NCBI GenBank assembly: GCA_030697505.1
Contig: JAUYPX010000026.1
Span: 53,322 to 117,321 of the forward strand
Reading direction: 5' to 3'
Source of the DNA: Nanobdellota archaeon
GTDB taxonomy: Archaea > Nanobdellota > Nanobdellia > Woesearchaeales > GW2011-AR9
Length of the DNA: 64,000 bases
Numbering within the stretch: the first letter of the stretch is position 1; the number at the start of each line of letters is the position of its first letter. This document shows, piece after piece, positions 9,383 to 19,453 of this stretch. Both the position numbers and the translations under genes were made by a program. The notes beneath the pieces are model-generated. The model was given only the letters and a program-made list of their open reading frames with translations, searched no databases and was not told the DNA's origin.

Positions 9383-10345
9383 CTATCTGGATTTATCTTT
9401 CTGTTCCAGGTTATCAAAAAAATGAACTACCTTTTTACCGCTATCGCGAGCAATTGTTTGTTGGACTTCCATCACCTGCGCCCCAAGGTGAGGGGTTAGC
9501 AGAATATTATAACCCCGTTTTGCTAGTTTAATGAGTTCGTGCTCGGAATGAGGCGGTTCTTCTTCAAAAACATCGGTAGCATACCCTGCGACGTGGCCGC
9601 TTTCAATCGCCTCCGCCAAGGCCGTGAAATCGAAGAGCTGTTCTCGGGAAGAATTGATGATATAAACGCCTTTTTTTAGCAAAGATATCTTCTCCCTATT
9701 TAGCAATCGATGTGTTTCTTTATTCAAAGGAAGATGCAGAGTTAAAAAATCCGATTGCCGCAGTAATTCTGGTAATGATACTAAAGTAACCCCATGCTTC
9801 GTAGCATATTCTTCAGTTTTTTCCGTATCCTGGGCTATAACTTTCATGCCATGGGCTCTAGCTCTTATAGCTACTTCAGTTCCAATCCTTCCCAAACCTA
9901 AGATACCTAAGGTTTTATTTTTAAAACTGCACCCGGTTAGTAAATCTCTTTCCCATTTTCCATCCAGCATCGAAAGATGAGCTTTTATCAGATTCCTGGT
10001 TAGATTCACTAACATGGCTATGCTATAATCAGCTACATTTTCTTTGCTTAGTTCCGGGCAATTGAATATCTGTATGCCCTTCTTATTTGCCGTTTCCAGA
10101 TGAACATTGTCTAAGCCGTTACCGGCACGTACCGCGCACAGTAGATTGGAGTTGTTAAGCAGTTCTTGATCTAACTTTGTTCTACTTCGGAATATGATTC
10201 CATCATAACCTTTAATGATCGCCTTTAACTCCTCTGCCGAGATATCTGAGCGAACATCTACCTCTAGTTTGGAGTTCCCTTCTTCAACTCCTTCCATGAA
10301 TGCATTTATATCAATGTTATCGCTGATCAGAACTCTTCGGATCAT
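9383..10345 (-). CDS. D-isomer-specific 2-hydroxyacid dehydrogenase family, paralog 2
   Basis: LGILGLGRIGTEVA Rossmann motif. Paralogous to 1796..2734. Confidence 0.75.
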   Translation of the reverse strand: MIRRVLISDNIDINAFMEGVEEGNSKLEVDVRSDISAEELKAIIKGYDGIIFRSRTKLDQELLNNSNLLCAVRAGNGLDNVHLETANKKGIQIFNCPELSKENVADYSIAMLVNLTRNLIKAHLSMLDGKWERDLLTGCSFKNKTLGILGLGRIGTEVAIRARAHGMKVIAQDTEKTEEYATKHGVTLVSLPELLRQSDFLTLHLPLNKETHRLLNREKISLLKKGVYIINSSREQLFDFTALAEAIESGHVAGYATDVFEEEPPHSEHELIKLAKRGYNILLTPHLGAQVMEVQQTIARDSGKKVVHFFDNLEQKDKSR

Positions 10346-10429
10346 AGTAAATGACCCACATTGACCTTATTTTAAATAAGTTGTGAAAGTCCATAAAAAA
10401 TATAAACAAAGATTATGCTACTACGGAAG

Positions 10430-11206
10430 ATGACCCAACATTTCGCCCAAACTAATATTCAGCTCTACAACCAGATGATTAAGGCTGGTTACCCTGAGTC
10501 TGATCTCCACCGCATAACTGAAGCATATAAACTTGCGGCTAAGGTCTTCGCGGGCTGCTATCGTCGCTCCGGTAAAAACCAGCAAGCTCATCTTATCGGC
10601 ACCGCCAGCATCATGGCCTGGCTCAGAAGACCAAGCATTTCGATAGCTGCTGCATTGTTGCACGCTGTCTACGAAGAAGGTAACTTCGGAAGTCGGATCA
10701 ATTTCAAGGAACTGCAGAACGCAACTTGTCCAGAGGTACAGCAGCTGGTCGCTGCTTACTATAAACTAAAGTGGTCGCATGATCTTAAGGAAGTTGATAA
10801 TTTGATCGCGCGTGTCAGTAACATGAATGATTTCTATCGTGAAGTAGTATTACTTCGCGTCGTGAATGAACTTGAAGATTATATCGATCTCGCTCCCCAT
10901 TACCATCTTGGAAGAAAAGGAGATGGAAGTCCAACCTATCTGGATGATGTTTCGCTGCGCAAATTCGCCCTTGCCCTCGGACAACCAAGACTCGCGAAAG
11001 AGATAAGCGCCCAATCCGATGCAGTACGAACGGCACAGATCCCCGCTAGCTTACATTATACATACCCGCGATTCAATCCCTCAGATCCCTACTGCCTTAC
11101 TATACGTGGCCGCTGGCGGCAGCTGCTGCGTAACTATAGAAGAATACGCAAGCCAGGACTGATCAAAATTATTCAAGCGGTAAAGCGTCGGTTAAAAAAT
11201 GATTAA
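10430..11206 (+). CDS. Rel/SpoT-like HD-domain protein with degenerate active-site residues (HD changed to HA)
   Basis: By-eye alignment to the (p)ppGpp-hydrolase HD domain gives YRRSGKNQQAHLIGTASIMAWL ~ [21 protein letters not shown] and AAALLHAVYEEG ~ AALLHDTVEDT. The ADRLHN motif is replaced by NELEDY. Start is placed at the second in-frame ATG (MTQHF), 30-35 bp downstream of an AT-rich TATA-like box. The ORF track starts at 10415. Confidence 0.5.
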   Translation: MTQHFAQTNIQLYNQMIKAGYPESDLHRITEAYKLAAKVFAGCYRRSGKNQQAHLIGTASIMAWLRRPSISIAAALLHAVYEEGNFGSRINFKELQNATCPEVQQLVAAYYKLKWSHDLKEVDNLIARVSNMNDFYREVVLLRVVNELEDYIDLAPHYHLGRKGDGSPTYLDDVSLRKFALALGQPRLAKEISAQSDAVRTAQIPASLHYTYPRFNPSDPYCLTIRGRWRQLLRNYRRIRKPGLIKIIQAVKRRLKND

Positions 11207-11292
11207 CTCTTTAAAATTCTGTGAAACAATTGCAACTCTTCATATATCTATTTTTAACAAGACTTAAAAATAAACTTCTTCTAACTGTGTAG

Positions 11293-12300
11293 ATGAAGAT
11301 AGCCTTAATCACCAGAGAATCAAAAGTAACCAAAGAAGCGACCCACATCACTGCTGGCAATTTTACCAAAGAATTGTCGCGATACGGAGAGATCACGGTT
11401 ATTTCCGATAAGAAGGTATCAGCATTCCTCTCCAAAATAAAAGCCCAGCAACATACCTTTGACATCATCCATAACTTCAGCGCCTCTCCCTTATTCGCGC
11501 TTAAAACTATCCTTGCCAAGAGATATCAGAAAAACGCCAAGACCGTCCATACTCTAAAATCGTATTCCCGCTCCGCTGGGGGATCTTTATACTTTTCAAG
11601 AATTTTAAATCTTGTTGACGCAATAACGGTACCTACCCAGGTCATGGCCGAAAAGCTTCTAAAACAGGGAGTGAAAAAAGAGAAGATCCATATTATCCGT
11701 TCCCATATTGATACCACTAAATTTATACCCTTAGATAAACAAGAATTGAAAGAAAAGTACGGATATCCAAAACAAAAAGTAGTGCTATATTATGGCAGCA
11801 CCTATTTCAAAAAAGGATTACAAAGTTTAGTGCAAGGAAGCCGACTCATCGACACCCAGATTATCATCGCTCCTCGGGATTATCCTAATCAAGAATTTTT
11901 TAATTCAGTTAAAGATAAGCCCAACATCAAAGTGATTACCGATGATATCAATGTCGTTGAGTACGTTAATCTTGCAGATATTATTGTGCTTCCCTATCTT
12001 GATCTTACTGCCACAGAAGGAAATCCCTCCTGTTTATTGGAAGCGATGGCTTGCAAGACGCCGATAGTGACCAGCGATCTTCCTGAATTGCGCGAGATCG
12101 TCGAACCAGAAAAAGAGGTGCTTATGGCCAAGCCGGGAGATGTTGCTTCGTTAGCTTTCCAGATAAATAGATTATTAAAAAATCCCCAATTAGGAAAAAA
12201 ACTAGCAGAAAATGCCTATTCTAAATCAAAACAGTTTGATACTAAACCAATTACAAAACAGTTTTTAGGTTTATACAATAGATTATCAAATATCCTATGA
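11293..12300 (+). CDS. Glycosyltransferase family 1/GT4 (retaining GT-B)
   Basis: C-terminal EX7E-type motif TEGNPSCLLEAMACKTPIVTSD is typical of GT4 enzymes. Confidence 0.8.
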   Translation: MKIALITRESKVTKEATHITAGNFTKELSRYGEITVISDKKVSAFLSKIKAQQHTFDIIHNFSASPLFALKTILAKRYQKNAKTVHTLKSYSRSAGGSLYFSRILNLVDAITVPTQVMAEKLLKQGVKKEKIHIIRSHIDTTKFIPLDKQELKEKYGYPKQKVVLYYGSTYFKKGLQSLVQGSRLIDTQIIIAPRDYPNQEFFNSVKDKPNIKVITDDINVVEYVNLADIIVLPYLDLTATEGNPSCLLEAMACKTPIVTSDLPELREIVEPEKEVLMAKPGDVASLAFQINRLLKNPQLGKKLAENAYSKSKQFDTKPITKQFLGLYNRLSNIL

Positions 12301-12309
12301 TTTTTTCAG

Positions 12310-13662
12310 TCAATACCAATCAATGAGTAACTGAGTTATAACAAAATCAAGAACTTTCTGTTTATCTTCTTCAAAGCTTTTAGTTTCTACCCGCAGATCA
12401 TATCTTAGCTTGTTAAAGATCCCCATTTGCCTCTGCAGCTCTTGGATTGTTTCCGCTGGACGCCGTTGATGAAGAATCTCCGGTGTGTTGTATAATAAAA
12501 TAGAGATAGTCGGTTTAGGAAAAAAAGAATAAAGTTCTTTCTTCCACCATAAAGGAACATTTTTCATAAGTATTATATCGGTACAATAACGATCGGTGAC
12601 AACTATTCTATTGCGCATTCGTAAGGGAAAAACCACCAGCCAGTAACGCAGCAATAAATCTGAAACAAACAATAGCGAAGAGAAAGTATAGAAAAAAGAA
12701 CGTCTAGAAGAAAGATTGGCAGACCCACGCACATCTCGTTTCTTTTCCGCGCTTTTATATTTTCTGCCCAAGGTTGTAAAAGGTAAAATATGTCCCCTTC
12801 CTCTGCCCATGTAAACAACCGCCGGTTTTCTTTCGTTTTTCTCCAAATAAGCATGTAAGGAATGCACTAAAGTTGATTTTCCCGCCCCATCTGGACCAAC
12901 GATACTTATCAGGGGAGCTGGCATCAAAGGACGTTTCCATTGTATCCATCTCACCGTAAGCGCAGCAAAAGTAGTAATATTTTTAATTTTTTTAAATACA
13001 AAAATCAATAGCAGGGAAGGGATAGGAATTTTCTCGAATTGCTTCAATTTCATTAAACTTAGGATCTTCTTGGCCATGTTTTTTGTAAAAAGCATTGATA
13101 ATTTTTGAACAACTGCCTGCTCGTCTACTAATCCTTGCTCTAACAGTAACGACATCTGCTCTTGATATTTAGGCTTGAAATGACGTTTGCCAAGAATCGA
13201 ATGAACCAGCAGCATCAAGAAAAAATCATGGGCGCCGGGAACATAGAAAAATTCTTTTTTTGTCCGGTTGGCGATGATCGTTTCACCGATATACTTCATA
13301 TCATTCCAATATACTCCCCCTATCTGGATATCGAAACTCACTTTGAAACCTTCGACAATTTTAAAGTAAGCTCGATGTCTGAGGGAGAACTGTTGCTTTC
13401 GTTCCGTAAAGCCATGCAGGAGTAGAATTTGATTTACCCTCCCAAAATCTTCTTTACAAACCACCATATCTAAGCCTTCCCAAGGAAAATTAGGGTCAAA
13501 CAAAAATTCGAAATTGCGTAAGAGGCAGTATCCAACTCTACAATTATCAAGATCAAGAAATACTAATTTGAGATGCTCAAGAGGAACAGCATACTTGCTT
13601 TCCATTTGTTCCTGGTTTTTGTGTTGGTGAAAGGCCATATTCAAATTATCTTTTAGATTCAA
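12310..13662 (-). CDS. Two-domain protein. N-terminal uncharacterised nucleotidyltransferase-like domain (NTP_transf_5-like). C-terminal thymidylate-kinase-like P-loop kinase.
   Basis: N-terminal half has ...GYCLLRNFE...GLDMVVCKEDF (LKG...DiDlLV-like pattern). C-terminal half has Walker A IVGPDGAGKSTL followed by a DRY motif (VVTDRYCTD), characteristic of dTMP-kinase-fold NMP kinases. Confidence 0.45.
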   Translation of the reverse strand: MNLKDNLNMAFHQHKNQEQMESKYAVPLEHLKLVFLDLDNCRVGYCLLRNFEFLFDPNFPWEGLDMVVCKEDFGRVNQILLLHGFTERKQQFSLRHRAYFKIVEGFKVSFDIQIGGVYWNDMKYIGETIIANRTKKEFFYVPGAHDFFLMLLVHSILGKRHFKPKYQEQMSLLLEQGLVDEQAVVQKLSMLFTKNMAKKILSLMKLKQFEKIPIPSLLLIFVFKKIKNITTFAALTVRWIQWKRPLMPAPLISIVGPDGAGKSTLVHSLHAYLEKNERKPAVVYMGRGRGHILPFTTLGRKYKSAEKKRDVRGSANLSSRRSFFYTFSSLLFVSDLLLRYWLVVFPLRMRNRIVVTDRYCTDIILMKNVPLWWKKELYSFFPKPTISILLYNTPEILHQRRPAETIQELQRQMGIFNKLRYDLRVETKSFEEDKQKVLDFVITQLLIDWY

Positions 13663-13663
13663 A

Positions 13664-15151
13664 TTATTTTTTAAATACTTTTAAGAGGGTTGTTTTTAAT
13701 TCCAAAAAATCAATGATATTGAAAAGGTACAGCAATAAGGCATACATCATGGAAGCAAAAACAAACGCTAAAATGATCTCTGCATAAATATTGTATCGAA
13801 GGACCCTCGTAACATAAAAGATCATCATGACAAAAACTGCGGCGCTTAAGCATAGTTTGAACCAGTGCAGATAAGGCGAGGGAACGCCTACAGATTTCAT
13901 TAACGTATGTGTTGAAAGGATAAGAGTCAGTAGATAAGCCAAAGAGGTCGCTATCGCTGCCCCCGTAATGCCGTATAAAGGGATCAGAAAGAGGTTTAAA
14001 ACGACATTTAATAAAGCGGAAATTAATATGATTTTAGTGACCGTCTTCGGTTGGCCCATGCTGGAGATGATGATATTATTCACCGAAGCGATGATGAAAA
14101 ACATCGAGCCGACTAAAAGGATACGGAAAGCCAAGGTCCCCACCACGTATTCTTTCCCAAAGAAAACCAGCAGATAGTGGTCTGCAAACGCAAAAAGAAT
14201 AAAGATTAAAGGGATTATCAACGCCAGAGTATATTTATGCAGCAGTGAAATGCCTTTAGCTAGATTTTTAAAATCTTTTTTAAACGAAAGTTCGGTGGAG
14301 ATAGGAAAGACTATCGCTGAAATAGCCCTGCTGACGTGGATAAAGAAAAGAGAGGTGGGGAGGACAACATTGTAGATGCCCACTTCAGATAAAGAGCTGA
14401 AATGGGTCAGCATGATGGTATCAGTATAGGCAATGATCTTTCCACCGATATCCGCAGCCATCAATGGCAATCCGAATAGCAGAAGATCGCGGCTCATCTC
14501 TTTGAGATGTATCACCCGGTGCTTAAAAAAATAAAGTTTGCCTTGGATGAAAGGCTGAAATATGGCAAATAAGACTATGCAGACCAAAGCATACGGAATC
14601 GCTGCGGCCAGGATGCCAAGATTATAACGAAAAAGAATAAGAGTGAGCAGCAATATGAACAGATTTTTCACCGGTTCCATCAAGGAATAAGGGATGCTTT
14701 CTTGAAATCCATTAAAGAGCATCTTGGTGATGATGAACAAGAAACTGGTCATAGTGTATACGACGAGGATCAAAAGAATGATTTTAGATTCTGGAACTTT
14801 AAAATAATGTGTGGAAAGATACCCGGAGAAGATGATGATCAATATGCCGATGATTGAAGAGCTTGCCAGTTGCAGGCAGAAAACCGAAACGATCGCCGTC
14901 TTTATCTCGTTATACTTATTCTCAATCCTAAATTTAGCGATAAAGTTGACCAGCGCGCTGCCTAGGCCCAGATCACGGAAAAACAAGAAAAAAAGAATGA
15001 AGGTTAGCACGGCAGAGAATAGGCCATATTGTTCAGGCCCTAGTTTTCTGGCCACAATGACCCTGGTGGCATAACTGAACAACGCGGCGATAAAAGTCAT
15101 GCCGAATACTAAACCAATGCTTCTTAAGATCTTGCCCAGATGATTAGCCAT
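13664..15151 (-). CDS. Wzx-like oligosaccharide flippase (MOP/polysaccharide biosynthesis protein family)
   Basis: 495 aa with about 12-14 predicted TM helices. The N-terminus (KLGPEQYGLFSAVLTFILFF...) is typical of the PF01943-like family. Confidence 0.75.
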   Translation of the reverse strand: MANHLGKILRSIGLVFGMTFIAALFSYATRVIVARKLGPEQYGLFSAVLTFILFFLFFRDLGLGSALVNFIAKFRIENKYNEIKTAIVSVFCLQLASSSIIGILIIIFSGYLSTHYFKVPESKIILLILVVYTMTSFLFIITKMLFNGFQESIPYSLMEPVKNLFILLLTLILFRYNLGILAAAIPYALVCIVLFAIFQPFIQGKLYFFKHRVIHLKEMSRDLLLFGLPLMAADIGGKIIAYTDTIMLTHFSSLSEVGIYNVVLPTSLFFIHVSRAISAIVFPISTELSFKKDFKNLAKGISLLHKYTLALIIPLIFILFAFADHYLLVFFGKEYVVGTLAFRILLVGSMFFIIASVNNIIISSMGQPKTVTKIILISALLNVVLNLFLIPLYGITGAAIATSLAYLLTLILSTHTLMKSVGVPSPYLHWFKLCLSAAVFVMMIFYVTRVLRYNIYAEIILAFVFASMMYALLLYLFNIIDFLELKTTLLKVFKK

Positions 15152-15418
15152 ACTTTTCTGGGAGAATCTTCCTTTTTAAAATTAATGAATTAGAACCTTT
15201 TTTTCCAATGTAATCTTTAAACTCCTTAACAAGCCCCTTTAATGTCACGAAAGTGCGGAGCAAGAAAAGAAACACCTGAAAATCAACAACGATTGATTTT
15301 TAGCTCTGAAAACAAATAGTTTTTTGTTTTCATGAGTGGTTTCTTCATTTCTTGAGCTATCCATCCTTTTAATGTATTTGAGCTACGAAAAGCTTTTAAA
15401 AGATAGATTTTCACAAGA

Positions 15419-16690
15419 ATGAAGATGATCGTACGAGAGCGGTGCAGGGTAGACGATAGTGAACTCATTGAGTTATTTGATCTAGGAGAGTTATATCTCT
15501 CCCATTTTCAAGATCCCCGCCAGCCGCCGCAACAGCCGAAAGTTCCATTGGTTCTTTGTATGGGAAAAGACAGCAAGATGGTGCAGCTCAAACATAGCGC
15601 CCCTTCTTCTAATATGTACGAAGAATACTGGTACCGCTCCGGGATCAACCAGACTATGGCTGCTGAGTTGAAGTCTATCGCTGCCTCTGTATTGGAGACG
15701 ATGCCATTAAAAGAAAAGGATATCGTTGTCGATGTCGGCTGCAATGACGGGACTTTAGTCAAGAATTATCCGAAGCATCTTACTATTGTAGGTTTTGATC
15801 CTGCTAAAAATTTATATCAATATTCTTCTCAGCACACCACTAAAACTATAGTCAATTATTTTTCAGCAGAAGAATATTTCAAGCACTTTCAAGAGAAAGC
15901 AAAAGTCTTGACCAGTATCGCCATGTTTTATGATTTAGAAGATCCTAATAGATTTGTAAGCGACGTTTATAAAGTTCTAGATCAAGAAGGTTTGTGGATT
16001 ATCCAGATGAGTTATTTGCCCTTGATGCTGAAACAGATGGCTTTTGATAATATTTGTCACGAACATCTGGAATATTACTCGCTGCAAAGCCTAGCCTATC
16101 TCTTAGAACGGCATGATTTTAAGGTAGTAGATTGCCAGCTCAACGACATCAATGGGGGAAGTTATCGCATCTACATCCGCAAAAAAAATGCTAATCCTCT
16201 CTTATTCAGCACCGCGCAATACCGCGATGTCGCCGATTTCAGGGTGCAGAGCATTCTTGAATACGAAAAAAGCCTGAGATTGGACCGGCCGGAGACGTAT
16301 TTCAACTATTTTGAAAAAATGAAGGAAATCAAACAGGAAACTCTTGATTTTTTACAGCAAGAAAAAGCAAAAGGGAAAAAGATATTCGGCTATGGCGCTT
16401 CCACCAAAGGGAATACTTTACTGCAATGGTACGATATCAACCATCAGAATCAGCTTATTGAAAAGATAGCCGAACGCAATCCAGACAAATGGGGTAAAGT
16501 CACCATTGGGACAAACATACCGATCTGTTCAGAAGAAGAAGCAAGAACAGAAAAACCAGATTACTTGTTTGTCCTTCCTTGGCATTTCCGTTACGAGTTC
16601 TTGAAACGAGAGACTGATTTTCTACAGCGAGGAGGAAAATTCATCTTCCCACTTCCCAAGTTCGAAGTTGTTGGCATAGATGACATCTAA
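15419..16690 (+). CDS. TylCIII-like sugar C-methyltransferase family (SAM MTase with C-methyltransferase C-terminal domain), paralog 1
   Basis: VDVGCNDGTL SAM motif, IAMFYDLEDPNRF, GYGASTKGNT and KPDYLFVLPWHF. Paralogous to 20665..21915. The N-terminal zinc-ribbon is degenerate in this copy. Confidence 0.7.
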   Translation: MKMIVRERCRVDDSELIELFDLGELYLSHFQDPRQPPQQPKVPLVLCMGKDSKMVQLKHSAPSSNMYEEYWYRSGINQTMAAELKSIAASVLETMPLKEKDIVVDVGCNDGTLVKNYPKHLTIVGFDPAKNLYQYSSQHTTKTIVNYFSAEEYFKHFQEKAKVLTSIAMFYDLEDPNRFVSDVYKVLDQEGLWIIQMSYLPLMLKQMAFDNICHEHLEYYSLQSLAYLLERHDFKVVDCQLNDINGGSYRIYIRKKNANPLLFSTAQYRDVADFRVQSILEYEKSLRLDRPETYFNYFEKMKEIKQETLDFLQQEKAKGKKIFGYGASTKGNTLLQWYDINHQNQLIEKIAERNPDKWGKVTIGTNIPICSEEEARTEKPDYLFVLPWHFRYEFLKRETDFLQRGGKFIFPLPKFEVVGIDDI

Positions 16691-17435
16691 AATGTCAAAA
16701 CTCTTCATCTCCTATGTACTTCCTGCCTACAATGAGGAAGAAAACGTTCTTCTTCTGATGGACAAAATAACTTCTGCCATGAAAGATATCAAAGAGGAAT
16801 ATGAGATTATCTTTGTCATCGAAGGGACTGATCAGACCTATCCTCTTCTGCTAAAATATAAAGAAGAACATCCAGAAGTAAGCATGAGATTATTCTACCA
16901 GCCTGAACCTTTAGGGCTGACGTACGCCTTCAAGAAGGGATTTGAAAACATCGCAGAAGAAGCGACCCATGTCGTGACCATGGATGTGGATTTAAACCAT
17001 AAGCCTGAAGAATTGCCTTTGCTTATAAAAAAAGCAAAAGAAGGCTACAATGTAGTTATCGGTTCCCGAGCGTTGGATGGGGCGCAGGTCATGAACGTTC
17101 CTGCTTGGAAAATAATGATCAGCAAATTTGCTAATACAGTGTTTAATAAAGCTTTTAATATAGAGGTTAAAGATAAAACCAGCGGCTTTAGGATGATCGA
17201 TGCTGAAACCATCAAGGAAGTGGCGCCTTTAGTACAAGCTAAAAATTTTGAGGGATTGATGGAGTTTTTGTTGATCGCCAATTACCAGAACAAATCCATG
17301 GCCGAAGTGCCTATCACCTTAATCCATCGGCAGTTTGGGGAGACCAAATTCCATCTCTTTAAGACTGGAATAGATTATGCTAGATTGCTATTGAAGCAGA
17401 AATATAGGAAACGGAAGAAAAAAATAACAAAATAA
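16680..17435 (+). CDS. GT2 glycosyltransferase, DPM1/polyprenyl-phosphate sugar synthase-like
   Basis: N-terminal VLPAYNEEENV and D-rich DxD region (VTMDVDLNH). 251 aa, no obvious C-terminal TM. Confidence 0.8.
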   Translation: MTSKMSKLFISYVLPAYNEEENVLLLMDKITSAMKDIKEEYEIIFVIEGTDQTYPLLLKYKEEHPEVSMRLFYQPEPLGLTYAFKKGFENIAEEATHVVTMDVDLNHKPEELPLLIKKAKEGYNVVIGSRALDGAQVMNVPAWKIMISKFANTVFNKAFNIEVKDKTSGFRMIDAETIKEVAPLVQAKNFEGLMEFLLIANYQNKSMAEVPITLIHRQFGETKFHLFKTGIDYARLLLKQKYRKRKKKITK

Positions 17436-17454
17436 TGCTATTGATACGTAACTC

Positions 17455-18477
17455 ATGAAAAAAGCGCTCATTACCGGTATAACTGGACAAGATGGCTCCT
17501 ATCTGGCAGAATTTCTTCTCAAAAAAGGATATGAAGTGCATGGATTAGTGAGAAGGGTTTCAGTAGATACTTTAGGCAGGATAAATCATCTCAAAGATAA
17601 AATAATCCTACACCATGCCGATTTGATGGATCAATTCTCTATCACCAAGGTGATTAAGGAAGTACAGCCAGAGGAAGTGTATCATCTAGGGGCGATGAGT
17701 TTTGTCGGCACTAGCTGGCGTCAGCCCGTGCTTACTGGAGAAATCACCGGGATGGGGGTAGGAAGAATTTTAGAAGCGATCCGCTATGAAAATCCAAAAG
17801 TCAGATTTTACCAGGCCTCCAGCTCAGAAATGTTCGGCGCTGCTCCTGCGCCACAGCATGAAGAGACAAAATTTCATCCGCGCAGCCCATACGGAGTGGC
17901 TAAAGTATATGCTCATCATATGGTGGTCAATTATCGCGAGAGCTTTAACTTATTCGCTTGCAGCGGTATTTTATTCAACCACGAAAGTGAACGTAGAGGG
18001 TTGGAATTTGTCACCAGAAAAATAAGCCATGCTGTGGCGAGGATAAAACTTGGTGCGCAAGAAGTATTGGAATTAGGAAACTTATATGCGAAAAGAGATT
18101 GGGGACACGCCGAAGATTATGTCAAAGCGATGTGGCTGATGCTCCAGCAGGAAAAGCCGGATGATTTCGTCATAGCCACCGGGGAAACTCATAGTGTTAA
18201 GGAATTTGTAGATGAAGCTTTCAAAGTGGTAGGAATGCCCTTAACCTGGGAAGGAGAAGGCGTGCATGAAGTGGGCAAATTTCAAGGGAAGGTAGTTGTT
18301 CGGATCAATCCTAAATATATCCGTCCAGCTGAAGTGGATCACTTATGCGGCGATTACAGCAAAGCAAAAAAAATTCTTAAGTGGGAGCCTGCCATCAAGT
18401 TCTCGCAATTAGTTGAGAGAATGGTGTCAGCGGATTTGGAAAATGTCAGAAAAGAATTGGCTTATCACCGGCATTGA
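17455..18477 (+). CDS. gmd: GDP-mannose 4,6-dehydratase
   Basis: MKKALITGITGQDGSYLAEFLLKKGYEVHG is a near-canonical Gmd N-terminus. 340 aa, extended SDR. Confidence 0.9.
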   Translation: MKKALITGITGQDGSYLAEFLLKKGYEVHGLVRRVSVDTLGRINHLKDKIILHHADLMDQFSITKVIKEVQPEEVYHLGAMSFVGTSWRQPVLTGEITGMGVGRILEAIRYENPKVRFYQASSSEMFGAAPAPQHEETKFHPRSPYGVAKVYAHHMVVNYRESFNLFACSGILFNHESERRGLEFVTRKISHAVARIKLGAQEVLELGNLYAKRDWGHAEDYVKAMWLMLQQEKPDDFVIATGETHSVKEFVDEAFKVVGMPLTWEGEGVHEVGKFQGKVVVRINPKYIRPAEVDHLCGDYSKAKKILKWEPAIKFSQLVERMVSADLENVRKELAYHRH

Positions 18478-19381
18478 AGGTTTTGTAGGAAGTCATTTTT
18501 TCCCGGCGTTGCAGAAACGAGGATATTCAGTTTTTGGGACTACCTGGAAAAAGGAACTTGCAGACCATAAAACTATCTTTTACCTTGATCTTTCTGATCC
18601 TCAGCAGATCGAAGCGATGGTCCAAAAGATAAGACCGCGCTATCTGGCCTTAATCGCCGGGTTCAGTTCCATGCGAGATAGCTTCCAAAAACCAGAAGAA
18701 TGCCTGAAGATAAATTATGAAAGCACGCAGCATTTTTTAAAGGCAATCAGAAAGAACAAACTGAAAACAAAAGTGTTGATCATCTCTTCCGCCATGATGT
18801 ACTGTCCTTCAGATGAAATACTTACTGAAGCTTCAGCCATCTGCAATAGTTCTCCATATGCAGAATCAAAGATAAAACAAGAGGAGTTAATCAAAGAATT
18901 TCCCGAAATAGAAATAGTAGCAAGTAGAAGCTTCAACCACACTGGCCCAGGACAATTGGACAGCTTTATTGTGCCAAAATTAGCAAAAGGATTTGCTGAA
19001 ACAAAGGAGAATAATATTACATTTGAACTAGGAGATATAGACTCAGAACGTGATTTTCTAGACGTCAGAGATGTCTGTGACGCTTATAGGATATTATTAG
19101 AAGAACCCACTGACCATAACATTTATAACGTCTGCCGTTCGCAATGTTTTTCAGTGAGACAAATTATCAACATTTTAGAGAAAAAGACGGGAAAGAAAGC
19201 AAAAATAATCATTAATCCTGAGGTTGTAAATCGTAACGAACGAAAAATAATTCTGGGAGATAATCGCCGTATTTTAAATAATACCTCTTGGAGACCGGTT
19301 ATAAGTTTCGAACAGACCGTATATGACACGTATCTTTATTGGCAAGAGAGAAAAAATGAAGGAAAATGGAGCACTTACTGA
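18443..19381 (+). CDS. NAD(P)-dependent SDR acting on GDP-4-keto-6-deoxymannose (Rmd/Fcl-like reductase or epimerase)
   Basis: Rossmann WLITGIEGFVGSHF and YAESK (YxxxK). Directly follows and overlaps gmd. Start is chosen at the internal ATG (MSEKNW); the ORF track starts at 18413. Confidence 0.6.
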   Translation: MSEKNWLITGIEGFVGSHFFPALQKRGYSVFGTTWKKELADHKTIFYLDLSDPQQIEAMVQKIRPRYLALIAGFSSMRDSFQKPEECLKINYESTQHFLKAIRKNKLKTKVLIISSAMMYCPSDEILTEASAICNSSPYAESKIKQEELIKEFPEIEIVASRSFNHTGPGQLDSFIVPKLAKGFAETKENNITFELGDIDSERDFLDVRDVCDAYRILLEEPTDHNIYNVCRSQCFSVRQIINILEKKTGKKAKIIINPEVVNRNERKIILGDNRRILNNTSWRPVISFEQTVYDTYLYWQERKNEGKWSTY

Positions 19382-19453
19382 ATTTTAGAAATGTCAAAGA
19401 AATTCGACACCACTGGTGAACACCCCAGTAGCATGCCGGTCGAATTTCAGACC

